DNA of 64,000 nucleotides from an uncultured delta proteobacterium (lineage in GTDB: Bacteria > Myxococcota_A > Polyangia > Polyangiales > Polyangiaceae), in contig CAVQUB010000005.1 in the NCBI GenBank assembly GCA_963716725.1, positions 704,001-768,000 of the forward strand, in the 5' to 3' direction. The position numbers and the translations under genes are program-made. The notes under the pieces are model-generated. The model was not told the DNA's origin. It saw only the letters and a program-made list of their open reading frames with translations, and searched no databases. Below, one piece after another: positions 29,892-40,728 of this stretch (position 1 is its first letter; each line of letters begins with the position of its first letter).

Positions 29892-32086
29892 GCCGCGGCA
29901 GCCTTCTGCTTTCGCTGAGCCTCGCTGGGCTGGGCCTCGCGACGACGTTGCCGGCTTGGGCGACCAAGGTGCGCCGACCCTTCGCCGAGGCCAAGACCTT
30001 TGGCTACGGTTTCGACAACAACGGCTCAGCTGGCGGCTGTACCGATCACGAATGCGGCGGCCGCTGCTACGACGGTCACGGGGGCACGGACTACCCGGTG
30101 GTCGTGGGCACCCAAGTGCTGGCCGGGGCCGATGGCAGCGTCGTGGCGACCAACAACGGCTGCGCCAACACCGGCGGCCTGGGCAACACCTGCGGTGGCG
30201 GCTGCGGCAACTACGTGAAGATCGCGCACGCCGACGGCCACTTCACCCTGTTTTGCCACCTGCAGCTGGGCTCCCTGAAGGTGGCGACCGGTCAGGCGGT
30301 GAAGTGCGGTCAAGCGGTGGGCAACTCCGCGAGCTCGGGCAACTCCAGCGGCCCGCACCTGCACTTTGCCTGGCGCACCAGCGGCAACGCCAACATCAAC
30401 TCTTACAGCGGCAAGTGCTCCAGCTCTCTCAGCGCCTGGGTCGAACAGGGCAGCTACAACGGGCCGACCGGCGCCCAGTGTGAATGCGCGGCGGGAACCG
30501 AGACCTGCAACGGCAAGGACGACGACTGCGACGGCCAGGTGGACGAAGGCGACGTCTGCGAGATCCAGATGCTGCAGCGATCGCAGTTCTGGCTCGCGCC
30601 CGCGCGCACCACGGACATCGATGGAGACGGCCGGGCAGACGTGTGTGGCCGGGGAGGCGCAGGAGTCTGGTGTCACCTTTCGCAGGGCAGCAGCTGGTCC
30701 GACAAGGGACCCACCCTGGCACTCGCTGACAGCCAGGGCTGGGACGACGCGACGAACTGGGGCACCCTGCGCATGGGCGATCTGGACGGCGACGGCCGAG
30801 CCAATCTGTGCGCCCGCGCCAACGCCGGCGTGACTTGCTGGAAGTCGGACGGCGCCGGACTGAGCACGAAGATCGAAGGGCCCGCCTGGGCCGACGACAA
30901 GGGCTGGTCCGGCGTCCAGTTCTACAGCACCATGCGTTTGCTGGACGTCGACGGCGATCACAAGGACGACCTGTGCGCGCGCGCGGCCAAGGGCATCGTC
31001 TGCCTGAAGTCCACGGGCAGCGCCTTCGGTGAGGCCTTCGACGGACCCGCCTGGTCCGACGACGCCGGCTTCGGCGCCGCACGCTACTACGCCACCCTAC
31101 GGACCGGCGACGTCAACGGCGACGGGATGCAGGATCTCTGCATCCGCACCAAGGACGGCATGGAGTGTCGGCTGTCCGAGGGCACGGGCTTCGGCGACGC
31201 CGTGGCCGGCCCCGCCTGGAGCGACGACAACGGCTGGGGCGCCATGAAGTACTGGAGCACCATTCGCCTGGTCGACGTCGACGGCGACGGTCGCGCGGAT
31301 CTGTGTGCGCGGGACTCCAAGGCCTTGCGCTGTCACCTGTCGACGGGCACGTCGTTTGGCGAGGCCATCGAAGTGGCGCCGCTGGGAGACGACACGGGGT
31401 GGGACGACGAGTCGAACTACCTCACGCTGCGCAGCGGTGACATCGACGGCGACGGAGCCCAGGATCTGTGCCTGCGAGCCGACGCCAAGGTGCTGTGCTT
31501 TCGGCTGAAGGCCGGCGTCTTCGAGAAGGTGGAGGGGCCCGCCTGGTCCGACGAGAGCGGCTGGAACAAGCCCGAGTACTTCCACACCATCCAGCTGGGG
31601 GACATGAACGGCGACGCCAAGGCGGATCTGTGTGCTCGTCACTCGGGGGGATCGATGTGCCTGCCTTCCACCGGTGATGGCTTCGGAGCGCCGGTGCAGC
31701 TGGATGAGTTCACGGACCAAGGCGGCTGGGCCGCCGAGCGCTATTACGCGACCATCGCGATTGGCGGCCCGGTCTGTGTGCCCCAGGACGAGATCTGTAA
31801 CGGCAAGGACGACGACTGCGACGGCCAGATCGACGACGGCGTGTGCACCATCGACGCCAGCCCCTCCACCGGAGGCAGCGGCGCCATGGATGCCGGCCTG
31901 CCCACGGGAGGCAGCGGTGGGAGCAGCTCCGGGACCGATCCCGGCAAGGAGAACGCGGAAGGCTCCTGCAGCTGTCGCGCTGTTGGCGGTCGAGACAAAC
32001 CGTCCGGGATCGCCGGCGGGGTCCTGGCCTTCGTCGCCCTCGCCCTGGGTCGGAGCTCGCGAACGCGACGACGACGCCCGAGCTGA
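29888..32086 (+). CDS. M23 peptidase with FG-GAP/VCBS repeats and a MYXO-CTERM-like tail
   Basis: HGGTD and GPHLHF M23 motifs; seven D(I/V)DGDG.ADLC.R repeats; SCSC...hydrophobic...RRRR C-terminus. Confidence 0.9.
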   Translation: MSRGSLLLSLSLAGLGLATTLPAWATKVRRPFAEAKTFGYGFDNNGSAGGCTDHECGGRCYDGHGGTDYPVVVGTQVLAGADGSVVATNNGCANTGGLGNTCGGGCGNYVKIAHADGHFTLFCHLQLGSLKVATGQAVKCGQAVGNSASSGNSSGPHLHFAWRTSGNANINSYSGKCSSSLSAWVEQGSYNGPTGAQCECAAGTETCNGKDDDCDGQVDEGDVCEIQMLQRSQFWLAPARTTDIDGDGRADVCGRGGAGVWCHLSQGSSWSDKGPTLALADSQGWDDATNWGTLRMGDLDGDGRANLCARANAGVTCWKSDGAGLSTKIEGPAWADDKGWSGVQFYSTMRLLDVDGDHKDDLCARAAKGIVCLKSTGSAFGEAFDGPAWSDDAGFGAARYYATLRTGDVNGDGMQDLCIRTKDGMECRLSEGTGFGDAVAGPAWSDDNGWGAMKYWSTIRLVDVDGDGRADLCARDSKALRCHLSTGTSFGEAIEVAPLGDDTGWDDESNYLTLRSGDIDGDGAQDLCLRADAKVLCFRLKAGVFEKVEGPAWSDESGWNKPEYFHTIQLGDMNGDAKADLCARHSGGSMCLPSTGDGFGAPVQLDEFTDQGGWAAERYYATIAIGGPVCVPQDEICNGKDDDCDGQIDDGVCTIDASPSTGGSGAMDAGLPTGGSGGSSSGTDPGKENAEGSCSCRAVGGRDKPSGIAGGVLAFVALALGRSSRTRRRRPS

Positions 32087-32127
32087 CGGTCCGAGGGCGC
32101 CGTCTGCATTTGCGCAGATTGTCGGCG

Positions 32128-32820
32128 TCAGCTCTCGCCGGCGCGCGTGCTGCGTGAGCCCTCGGACGGCGCGGCAGACCAGCCCAGCGTGAGCACGAAG
32201 GTGCTGTCGGTCTCAGCGTAGACGTCGTGGGGCAGACCGGCCCCGAGCACGATCAGCTGCCCGGCCGAAAGCTCCGCGCTGCGGTCCGCAAGCTGCAGGC
32301 GAAGATGCCCGGTCAGGGTCTGCACCGAAGCCGTCACGTTGGCGTGGTGTTCTGCCATCCTCTTGCCTGCTCTGAGGGCAATCACCACGATTCGCAAGTC
32401 CGGGGCGCGGACCAGCGTGCGGGCCGCTTGACCCTCGCGCAGATACGATGGTTCGTCTTGCAGATCGCGAGCCAGGGCGAGCAGGTCGAAGGTAATTCCA
32501 TGCTCCGCTGATTCTGGTTTATTCATGGGCGGCCTCTCCTTTTCGAGCGAGATGGTGATGTGTGGACGGTCGACAACCAGCGCGCGACCGCAGCGGTCAC
32601 GCGCGTTCTTCTCGAATTGCTCCCAAGCTCTCACCAAGGACTCGAGGGCAGAGGAGTCCACGAGCGTGGCAAAGAGCTCGGCCGGGCATTCGTGGGGGGA
32701 GCCGGGGCAGCCGTGCACGAGCAAGTGCTGGCTCTCGGCGATGACAGCCGCTGAAACGCTGAACTCTCCGCACTGCTCGCAGCGCACGTTCACGTCGAGC
32801 TGCTTGAGAATGTCGGTCAT
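32128..32820 (-). CDS. Cupin-domain protein with an N-terminal four-Cys domain
   Basis: MAEHHA...PHDVYA cupin motifs; N-terminal CEQC...CPGSPHEC. Confidence 0.75.
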   Translation of the reverse strand: MTDILKQLDVNVRCEQCGEFSVSAAVIAESQHLLVHGCPGSPHECPAELFATLVDSSALESLVRAWEQFEKNARDRCGRALVVDRPHITISLEKERPPMNKPESAEHGITFDLLALARDLQDEPSYLREGQAARTLVRAPDLRIVVIALRAGKRMAEHHANVTASVQTLTGHLRLQLADRSAELSAGQLIVLGAGLPHDVYAETDSTFVLTLGWSAAPSEGSRSTRAGES

Positions 32821-32861
32821 TGCAGGTTCTCCCACCGGGTGGGCACCCACGCGGCTGGCCA

Positions 32862-33686
32862 TCATGGGGAAGCTCCGTCCTGCCTGCGGGCAATCAGCGT
32901 GACCGCGCACATCTTCGAGGCGTACTTCCTGAAGACCGAGCGCATCGCGAGCACTCGCCGGCGGGCATCGGGAGTCCGGAGGATGTTGGCCGTGATGCGC
33001 AGCGCGCCGAGCGCCCCTTCATCGGCGACCAGCCGGCTGGGCTCGAGCAGGCGCATCGGCGCAGTCGCGCTCGAGGTTACCTTGAAGCCGTTCTCCTCCA
33101 GAACGCGTCTCCAGTCGCTCACCGTGAGCGGACGCGCGCCGATGTGGATGACCTCGGAGAGCTCTCGCTGGATCTCCGTCTGCTCATTCTCCGCCAGATC
33201 GTCCGGTGTCAGCGCGAGCTCGTGGATCCCGTAGCGTCCGCCCGGACGAAGAACCCGGTGGGCCTCCCGGACGATGGCGGTCTTCTGGGCTGCCGTCTGC
33301 ATGGTGAGCATCGCCTCTCCGAACACGACACTGGCGGACGCCGGGTCGAGACCCGTCTCGGAGGCAACGCCGTGGCGGCACTGGTCGCGATCGGGGCGCA
33401 ACACCCGCCGCGTCGCACGCGCGGCTGTTTCATCGCGCTCGATCGCGACGATGGACGCAGGCGAGCGGGCGAGCACCAGTCGCGTCGTGATGCCCAAACC
33501 AGGTGCGAACTCGACGACGTCGTCTCCCGAGCCGATCGCGAGACCGTCGAGCATCTTGTTGGTCAGCTCCAGCCCTCCCGGCCGCAACACCCGCTTGCCC
33601 ATGCGTGCGAGCAGCCAGTGGCCCGGCATTCGGCCAACGTCGAGGTGTGCGCCTGGAAACTCGAGCGAGAGGTCATGCGTGGTCAT
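32862..33686 (-). CDS. Class I SAM-dependent methyltransferase
   Basis: GKRVLRPGG, VVEFAPGLG, HRVLRPGGRY. Confidence 0.9.
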   Translation of the reverse strand: MTTHDLSLEFPGAHLDVGRMPGHWLLARMGKRVLRPGGLELTNKMLDGLAIGSGDDVVEFAPGLGITTRLVLARSPASIVAIERDETAARATRRVLRPDRDQCRHGVASETGLDPASASVVFGEAMLTMQTAAQKTAIVREAHRVLRPGGRYGIHELALTPDDLAENEQTEIQRELSEVIHIGARPLTVSDWRRVLEENGFKVTSSATAPMRLLEPSRLVADEGALGALRITANILRTPDARRRVLAMRSVFRKYASKMCAVTLIARRQDGASP

Positions 33687-33703
33687 GGGAGGCCTTTCTG
33701 ATA

Positions 33704-33720
33704 ATGCGACTCATTCGCAT
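33704..33720. promoter_or_regulatory. Palindromic operator ATGCGA-N5-TCGCAT (Fur-box-like) upstream of the methyltransferase
   Basis: Perfect 6-5-6 inverted repeat within GATAATGCGACTCATTCGCAT; a second copy lies upstream of the Fur gene. Confidence 0.7.
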
Positions 33721-33757
33721 AACATATCCCGGCAGGGCTTTCTGTCAAGGCCAGCGC

Positions 33758-34255
33758 TCAGCTGCGACTACGCCGCTCGCGCTTCCGGCAATCGCCGCAG
33801 ATGCCGAGCAGCTCGTGGATGTGGCCAGTCAGCTCGAAGCCGGCCCTCGCGGCGACGTCCTGCTGAAGCACCTCGATCGCCTCGAACTCGAACTCGACGA
33901 CCTTGCCACACGAGGTGCAGATCAGGTGGTCGTGGTGCTGTCGCTCGAAGGCACGTTCGTAGCGGGCGCCCTCTCGGCTGGAGACCTGCGTCAACTGCAG
34001 GAGCCCGGCCTCGACGAGGAGTGGGAGCACCCGGTAAACCGTCGCCGCGTGCACGTCGCTCGAGCCGCGCTTCTTCAGGTCGGTGAGCAGCTCATCTACC
34101 GAGAAGTGGCCGCGTCGGCGCAGCGCCACGCGTGCGACCGTGTCGCGCGCCGAGGACGACTTGAGTCCGCGCTCTTTCACCAGCGTGTTGAGGCGCGCCA
34201 GCGCTCGCGCGACCCCGGCTTCGTCGAGCGCCGACCCAGCACGCAGCAGTTGCAT
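33758..34255 (-). CDS. Fur-family transcriptional regulator
   Basis: ATVYRVL, HHDHLICTSCG and CGDC motifs. Confidence 0.92.
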   Translation of the reverse strand: MQLLRAGSALDEAGVARALARLNTLVKERGLKSSSARDTVARVALRRRGHFSVDELLTDLKKRGSSDVHAATVYRVLPLLVEAGLLQLTQVSSREGARYERAFERQHHDHLICTSCGKVVEFEFEAIEVLQQDVAARAGFELTGHIHELLGICGDCRKRERRSRS

Positions 34256-34264
34256 GGCAGCATT

Positions 34265-34281
34265 ATGCGAACTCCTCGCAT
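34265..34281. promoter_or_regulatory. Palindromic operator ATGCGA-N5-TCGCAT just upstream of the Fur start
   Basis: Arms identical to the 33704 site; about 10 bp from the ATG. Confidence 0.7.
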
Positions 34282-34324
34282 GATTTGCAAATCGGTCGTG
34301 GCTCGCGGCATGGCCAGCGCCCCG

Positions 34325-35237
34325 TCAGGTTCTCGTGACTTCCGCGCCCCAAACCTCGGGGCCGTCGCCGGTCTTGCGGAAGGCGAAGGTCCCAGCGGGC
34401 TCGCTCTCTTCGAGCGCGTAGTACATGCAGCTGGGATCGTGGTCGAGAGTGATTTTCAACGTCTCGCCGCGCGGCAGCGCACGAAACGCGCCCAGGATGG
34501 TGCTCAGTCGATCCCTCGGCTCGACGTCGCGCACGTCGACGTCATAGGCCCCCGACGGATGGGCCGAGCCGCAGCCCGCGCTCTTCTGTGACGCGAGCCA
34601 CTCGCGCCAACGTGGCAGCTGCGCCGCCGTGCTTGGCAAGAGGACGATTGGGCCGCCGTATCCCGGAAATCGCGAGGTCGACGAACACCGCGCCGACGCC
34701 ACGTCCGTCCTGATCGTGCTGCTCCGGACCGCCACCGTGCAGGCGCACCAGGCGCAGGTGCTCGCGGACGGTGAGCAGGATCGCGCCGGACGTCGCGAGC
34801 CCCTCCACGCTGGGCCGTAGCTCCCACGCCAGTCCCAGGGATGGCGGATCACCGGCGCTTCGCAGGGCATTGGTCAACGCGACGACCTGGTCGAGGTCGG
34901 AGCCGAAGCCGAAGAGCAGCGTCCCGCCGGCCTTCGCGAACAGCTGGGCGAGGTTCGGAAGCGAGCCCCCGCTGGCCGCGCTGAGCGGGGTGGAGAGCGG
35001 GACCGCGAGCTCCCCCGACAGGCGCGCGAGGTCAGCCGCGGCGAAGTCGTCGAAGCGCTCGGCGCGAAGGGCGACGATCCGGGCCCCGGACGCGCGGACT
35101 TGCGCGGCCAGGGCCTGAGTGTCGTCGCCAGTCTCGATCACGAGCTCGATCCCGTCGAGCCCCCGCGCCTGGCACGCGACGTCCAGCGCGGCGAACGCGA
35201 CTCCGGGTGCGGCCGCCGCGCTCAGTGACAGCGTCAT
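34325..35237 (-). CDS. Xylose-isomerase-like TIM barrel fused to a C-terminal DUF2249 domain; frameshift near 34663
   Basis: GLDGIEL, LAWEL, VRLHG, then GYGGPIVL...DVRDVEPRDR...DHDP...GPEVW after removing one G. Confidence 0.65.
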
Positions 35238-35467
35238 GCCGTGCTCTTCTCGATCAGAACGCGCCAGACCGCGGGTCCCTGTTCGACGTAGGTCCATGAG
35301 AACTTGCCGGCGCGCGTCGCCTCGAACTGCCTGCGCAAGGGGAAGGGATCGTGGTCGTTGATCAACGTGAAGGCTTCGCCGGCGCCGAGCGCGTCGAAGG
35401 TGCGAAAGATCGCGGGGTGTTTCTCGGGCGGGGGAACCACGCGAATGTCGAGCTCGATGTTGGCCAT
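35234..35467 (-). CDS. DUF2249 domain protein
   Basis: LDIRVVPPPEKHPAIF...INDHDPFPL...GPAVWRV. Confidence 0.85.
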   Translation of the reverse strand: MANIELDIRVVPPPEKHPAIFRTFDALGAGEAFTLINDHDPFPLRRQFEATRAGKFSWTYVEQGPAVWRVLIEKSTA

Positions 35468-35487
35468 ATTCTCTTGGTCTCTCTTTC

Positions 35488-36279
35488 TCAATCGGGTTTG
35501 TGTCGAATGAACAGCCGAACCAGGTCAGCCGACTGCTCGCGGATTTCGTAGACGAAGCCCCGCTCGTCGAGCTTGGGCAACAAGAACTGCGGCACGCGGA
35601 CGTTGAGCTGCATCAGGGTCTTTCCGCGCGGCATCGTCGCGAGCAGCTCGAGCGTTTGGACCATCGGCTCCGGTGGCTCGAGGTCGCGTACGTCGAGCAC
35701 GATCACGTCCTCCGCTTCGGGCGCAGCAGCTTCCTTCGGGGACGGGAGCCTGCCTTCGCCGGGGAAGAACCAGACACGCCAGTCGTCGGCCGCCAGCTGC
35801 TCGGTGAAGTGCGCCAGGCCCTTCTTCGCGAACACGCCGTAGAGCGGCGCTGGCTCGAAGATGGCGCGGAGGCGCAGCACTGAATCTGGGGGCAAGGTCC
35901 GCGCGGTGCTCATGATCCGCGCGAAGGGCTCGATGCCGGATCGCAAATCCTCGCGGACGTCGAGGTCGACCAGCCGCTCGGGCGGCGTGGCCAGGAGCGC
36001 GGCGGGCACCGGTGTCGGCGCAAACGCCGGCGCTGACCGTGCGGGTGGCGCTGGCAGCGGCTCTTGATTTGCGAGGGCGCTATTGAGACGATCGACCAAC
36101 ACCGCCGCATCTAGCCCAGCGATCTGCGCGGCCTGTTCGACGGTGACCCGCGGCGCCATGCTCTTGCGCAGCGAAGGACTCCGCAGACTCTCGAAGGCCG
36201 GCGCGGCGGCGGCGAGCAGATCGACGAGCCGCTCGTCGCGGGCAAACACCGCGGACAGTCTGTCGCCGGCCCGGATCAT
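35488..36279 (-). CDS. DUF1858-like domain plus two DUF2249 domains
   Basis: FESLRSP..RK....VTVEQAA; LDVREDL...EPF...[19 protein letters not shown]. Confidence 0.8.
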   Translation of the reverse strand: MIRAGDRLSAVFARDERLVDLLAAAAPAFESLRSPSLRKSMAPRVTVEQAAQIAGLDAAVLVDRLNSALANQEPLPAPPARSAPAFAPTPVPAALLATPPERLVDLDVREDLRSGIEPFARIMSTARTLPPDSVLRLRAIFEPAPLYGVFAKKGLAHFTEQLAADDWRVWFFPGEGRLPSPKEAAAPEAEDVIVLDVRDLEPPEPMVQTLELLATMPRGKTLMQLNVRVPQFLLPKLDERGFVYEIREQSADLVRLFIRHKPD

Positions 36280-36572
36280 AGAGACCCCCTGCGCGCGAGG
36301 CCGGGGTGCCAGCGCGGATGCCAGACCAGGTTCGGGACCACCTCGCGGACACCGGGCACGAGGCTCACGGCGCTCACGATGCCGTTGGTGATGACGCCCT
36401 CCATTGGGCAACCCGGCGTGGTGAGTGAAAAGGTCACCTCGACAGAGTCGTCGTGGATCTCTACGTCGTAGACCAGCCCGAGGGTCACGATGTCTAGTCC
36501 AATCTCCGGATCGATGACGTCGCTCAGGGCGGAGTAGATCGGCTCAGTCGTGAAAAGTTGGGGGGCACTCAT
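36276..36572 (-). CDS. DUF59/SufT-like metal-sulfur cluster assembly factor
   Basis: [31 protein letters not shown]. Confidence 0.9.
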   Translation of the reverse strand: MSAPQLFTTEPIYSALSDVIDPEIGLDIVTLGLVYDVEIHDDSVEVTFSLTTPGCPMEGVITNGIVSAVSLVPGVREVVPNLVWHPRWHPGLARRGSL

Positions 36573-37873
36573 GCGACCTTCTTCAGCGCGATGCGCGCGA
36601 TGACGATGACCTGAAGCCAAGCGCCCGCCGCGAACACGATCGCAGCTGCACGCGCGAGCACTGCCGAGCCGAAGATCGTGGCCGCCGCCAGACCGACCAG
36701 GCCGGACACGAGCAGCGCGGCATCGACGGACGCGACGCGCTCGGAGAAGAGCTCCGCAACCTTCGGTACCTTGCGCTTACCGAGCAGCGGCCCATAGCGG
36801 TGGTTCCAGACCAAGAAGGGGATGATTTTGTAGTAGTGGCCGGCGACGAACAAGGTGAGGGCTCCCAGCAAGACGACGAAGTAGGTAGTGAGCAGGCGAG
36901 GGTCCGCTAGGCCTCGGGTGAGCGCGAAGGGAGCGAGCAGGACCGCGAGGCCGAAACCGATCAGGCCGGATGCAGCGAGGCGCATGCCCGGATCGAGCCC
37001 GCGGCGCTTGCGGTGCTTGAAGAAGGCCGCGGCCTGCACCATGAACGCCACGACGCCCGCGCAACCGAGGGCGCCGGCCACGGCGGACTTTGGCTCGCCG
37101 CCCCAGGGCAGAGTGAGCAGACCCGCGCTGCCGAAAAAGAGCCCGATGGCGAGCCATGCCGCGCGCTCGCTTGCGCCATGGCTGAGCAGGAACATTGGCA
37201 AGAGTCGGTGTGCGACGCCGACGACGACCATGAGCACGAAGCCGATGATCGCGATGTGGGCGTGCTGCCCAACGGTGGCAAAGCGGGCGGTGAGCCCGCC
37301 ATCGTGCAGGTTGAATGCGAGTACGACGCCGTACGCTGGCGTGACGAGCAGAAACACCGCCGCCCCGGCCAGCGCCCAGTAGGTCAGGTTCCGCTCACGA
37401 ACGGGGATCAACGTCGCGGCCAGGTTCACCCCGAAAGTCACAAACGCGAGCGCGAGGCTGAAGGCGCCAAAGAGCAGGAGCGAGCGGTTCGAGACGACCA
37501 AGGCGACCACCAAGCTGGCGACGCCCAGGGTCTGGGCCGCAAATGACAAGTGGGCGAGGGCGGAGAAGCGGATCGAGCGACCGACGGCGACCGGCAGAAA
37601 CTGACAGAGCGCGCCGAAGATGGACAGCGTGATCCAGCCAAGCGTGAAGAGGTGTACCAGCGCGACGACGCGGGGCAGGAAGAAGAGCCCCCGTGAGAGG
37701 TCGGGTGCCGCGAGGACGAGCCCGCCAGCGCCGAGCGCGTAGCAGGCGAGCGCAGCCACGAAATGTCGACCCGGGAGCCAGGGCGGAACGAGCATCGACG
37801 AGAAGGACCCGGCCGCGGATGGCGCCGCTCGTGGAGCTCGCGCCGTCAAGGCGCCGGCCGTGGTCGGGAGCAT
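36569..37873 (-). CDS. Multi-pass membrane protein with conserved His residues (haem-copper oxidase subunit I-like/NnrS-like family)
   Basis: About 12 hydrophobic segments; [24 protein letters not shown]. Start uncertain (37873 or 37795). Confidence 0.7.
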   Translation of the reverse strand: MLPTTAGALTARAPRAAPSAAGSFSSMLVPPWLPGRHFVAALACYALGAGGLVLAAPDLSRGLFFLPRVVALVHLFTLGWITLSIFGALCQFLPVAVGRSIRFSALAHLSFAAQTLGVASLVVALVVSNRSLLLFGAFSLALAFVTFGVNLAATLIPVRERNLTYWALAGAAVFLLVTPAYGVVLAFNLHDGGLTARFATVGQHAHIAIIGFVLMVVVGVAHRLLPMFLLSHGASERAAWLAIGLFFGSAGLLTLPWGGEPKSAVAGALGCAGVVAFMVQAAAFFKHRKRRGLDPGMRLAASGLIGFGLAVLLAPFALTRGLADPRLLTTYFVVLLGALTLFVAGHYYKIIPFLVWNHRYGPLLGKRKVPKVAELFSERVASVDAALLVSGLVGLAAATIFGSAVLARAAAIVFAAGAWLQVIVIARIALKKVA

Positions 37874-37888
37874 GCTGCCCGCGTGCAA

Positions 37889-37904
37889 TGCACGGGGGAT
37901 GCCA
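37889..37904 (-). promoter_or_regulatory. sigma54 -24/-12 promoter for the membrane protein/DUF59/DUF2249 operon
   Basis: TGGCATCCCCCGTGCA: GG-N10-GC in the intergenic gap. Confidence 0.65.
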
Positions 37905-37913
37905 GGCCGCGCG

Positions 37914-39251
<1,338 letters not shown>

Positions 39252-39358
39252 GATGCCATATTTGGCAGCCGTGGCAGAGCGGACCTGTCAATTTTGGCAC
39301 TTGCTGCTCAGCTTGACCCCTGGAGCGCCTGCGGGAGCCCGCCTCCGAGCCTTCGGGC

Positions 39359-39373
39359 TGGCACGGCCCTGGC
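39359..39373 (+). promoter_or_regulatory. sigma54 -24/-12 promoter
   Basis: TGGCACGGCCCTGGC, about 80 bp upstream of ATG 39453. Confidence 0.6.
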
Positions 39374-39452
39374 TACGGGACGCCGCAATGGTGAGTCAAG
39401 GTCCAGATCTGTTGAGCGCTGCGGTCACGCTCGGCCCAGAGGAACGAAGCGC

Positions 39453-40052
39453 ATGACCCTCCCGGAAGTGACCATCTCCGAGGTCGCGCTGCGCGCCATT
39501 CGCGACGCGCGGTCCGAGGCTCGGGACGGCGACGCGCTTCGACTGTCGATCGACGCGAAGTTCCACAACGACTTGTACTTCTCCCCGATCGAGCCGAACG
39601 ACATCGTCGTCCATGTGAGCGGGCTCCAGCTCGCGATGGATGCACGCACCGCGCGACGGGCGAACGGGCTGAAAATTGACTTCGTCGAGGGCGCCTCTGG
39701 CCCAGGCTTCAAGCTCGACAACCCCAACGAGTCGAGCCCGATCAAGGGCATCCACCCGGTCGACCTGCTGCGAGTGCTCGAGGCGCAGGAGGCGCTCCAG
39801 CTCATCGACGTGCGGCACGAAGTGGAGCACAAGAAAGCCAAGCTCGAGATCGCCCGACGCCTCGACCCTGCGTATCAGGCCGAGCTCGACTCAATGCCGA
39901 AGGACGCGAGACTCGTCTTCCTGGCTCATCACAGCACCGGGGCGCAGGCCGCCGCGCGACGGTTCTACGACCGGGGATTTCAAAATGTCTGGTACGTGGT
40001 CGGTGGCATGGATGCGTGGGCGACGATGGACCCGGACGTTCCGCGCTACTGA
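39453..40052 (+). CDS. HesB/IscA-like plus rhodanese-like fusion lacking cysteines
   Basis: GLKIDFV...GFKLDNPN; LIDVR...GGMDAW...DPDVPRY; active-site position reads FLAHH. Confidence 0.8.
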   Translation: MTLPEVTISEVALRAIRDARSEARDGDALRLSIDAKFHNDLYFSPIEPNDIVVHVSGLQLAMDARTARRANGLKIDFVEGASGPGFKLDNPNESSPIKGIHPVDLLRVLEAQEALQLIDVRHEVEHKKAKLEIARRLDPAYQAELDSMPKDARLVFLAHHSTGAQAAARRFYDRGFQNVWYVVGGMDAWATMDPDVPRY

Positions 40053-40075
40053 GGCCGGAGTTTGGCGACACGCCT

Positions 40076-40714
40076 TCACCGCAGCGAGGTGATGTAGGCC
40101 ACGAGATCGCTCATGGATCGATCGTCTGGCAGCGTGAGCGCTACGGAACGCATGATCGCGCCCGACCTGTCGTCCGGGTGTGTGCCCCGCAGGCCTCGCC
40201 TGAACTTCCCCAACTGCGTGAGCAGATACCAGTCGTCGGTCCTGTCGAGAGGTGGGGCACTGTTCGCCGGATTGCCCGAGCCGACGGGTCCGTGACAGCC
40301 TACGCACCGCGCCCACAGCTGGCGCCCGCGCGACGAATCGCCTTCGATCACTGCCGGTGTGGGCGTCGGCGGCAGCCGGGCCACATATTCGGAGACGGCG
40401 GCGATCTCGCGCTCAGACTCCAGGCCCTGTGCGATTGACTGCATCTGTGAGCCCCCCAAGTCGTCGGGATGCGAGCCGCGCACGCCCCGCTTGAACTTGT
40501 CGAGCTGGACGTCGACGTACCAAGCGTCGATGCCCGCGATCGCCGGAGCTCCGAGGGCGCGGTTTCCCGAGCCGTCGAGGCCATGGCACGGCGCACAGAG
40601 CTGGTACACGGCCCTTCCTCGCGCCGAATCGCCGGCGGAGCGGTCGCGGCCGCAGGAAGCCACGACAACGACCAGCACCAGCGCAACTACGACCAATCCG
40701 CCCAATCTCTGCAT
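40076..40714 (-). CDS. Dihaem c-type cytochrome (c4/c553-like) lipoprotein
   Basis: CAPCH and CVGCH, each followed by a Y...QL..F..G.R...M pattern. Confidence 0.9.
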   Translation of the reverse strand: MQRLGGLVVVALVLVVVVASCGRDRSAGDSARGRAVYQLCAPCHGLDGSGNRALGAPAIAGIDAWYVDVQLDKFKRGVRGSHPDDLGGSQMQSIAQGLESEREIAAVSEYVARLPPTPTPAVIEGDSSRGRQLWARCVGCHGPVGSGNPANSAPPLDRTDDWYLLTQLGKFRRGLRGTHPDDRSGAIMRSVALTLPDDRSMSDLVAYITSLR

Positions 40715-40728
40715 CGGCACCTGGCCAA

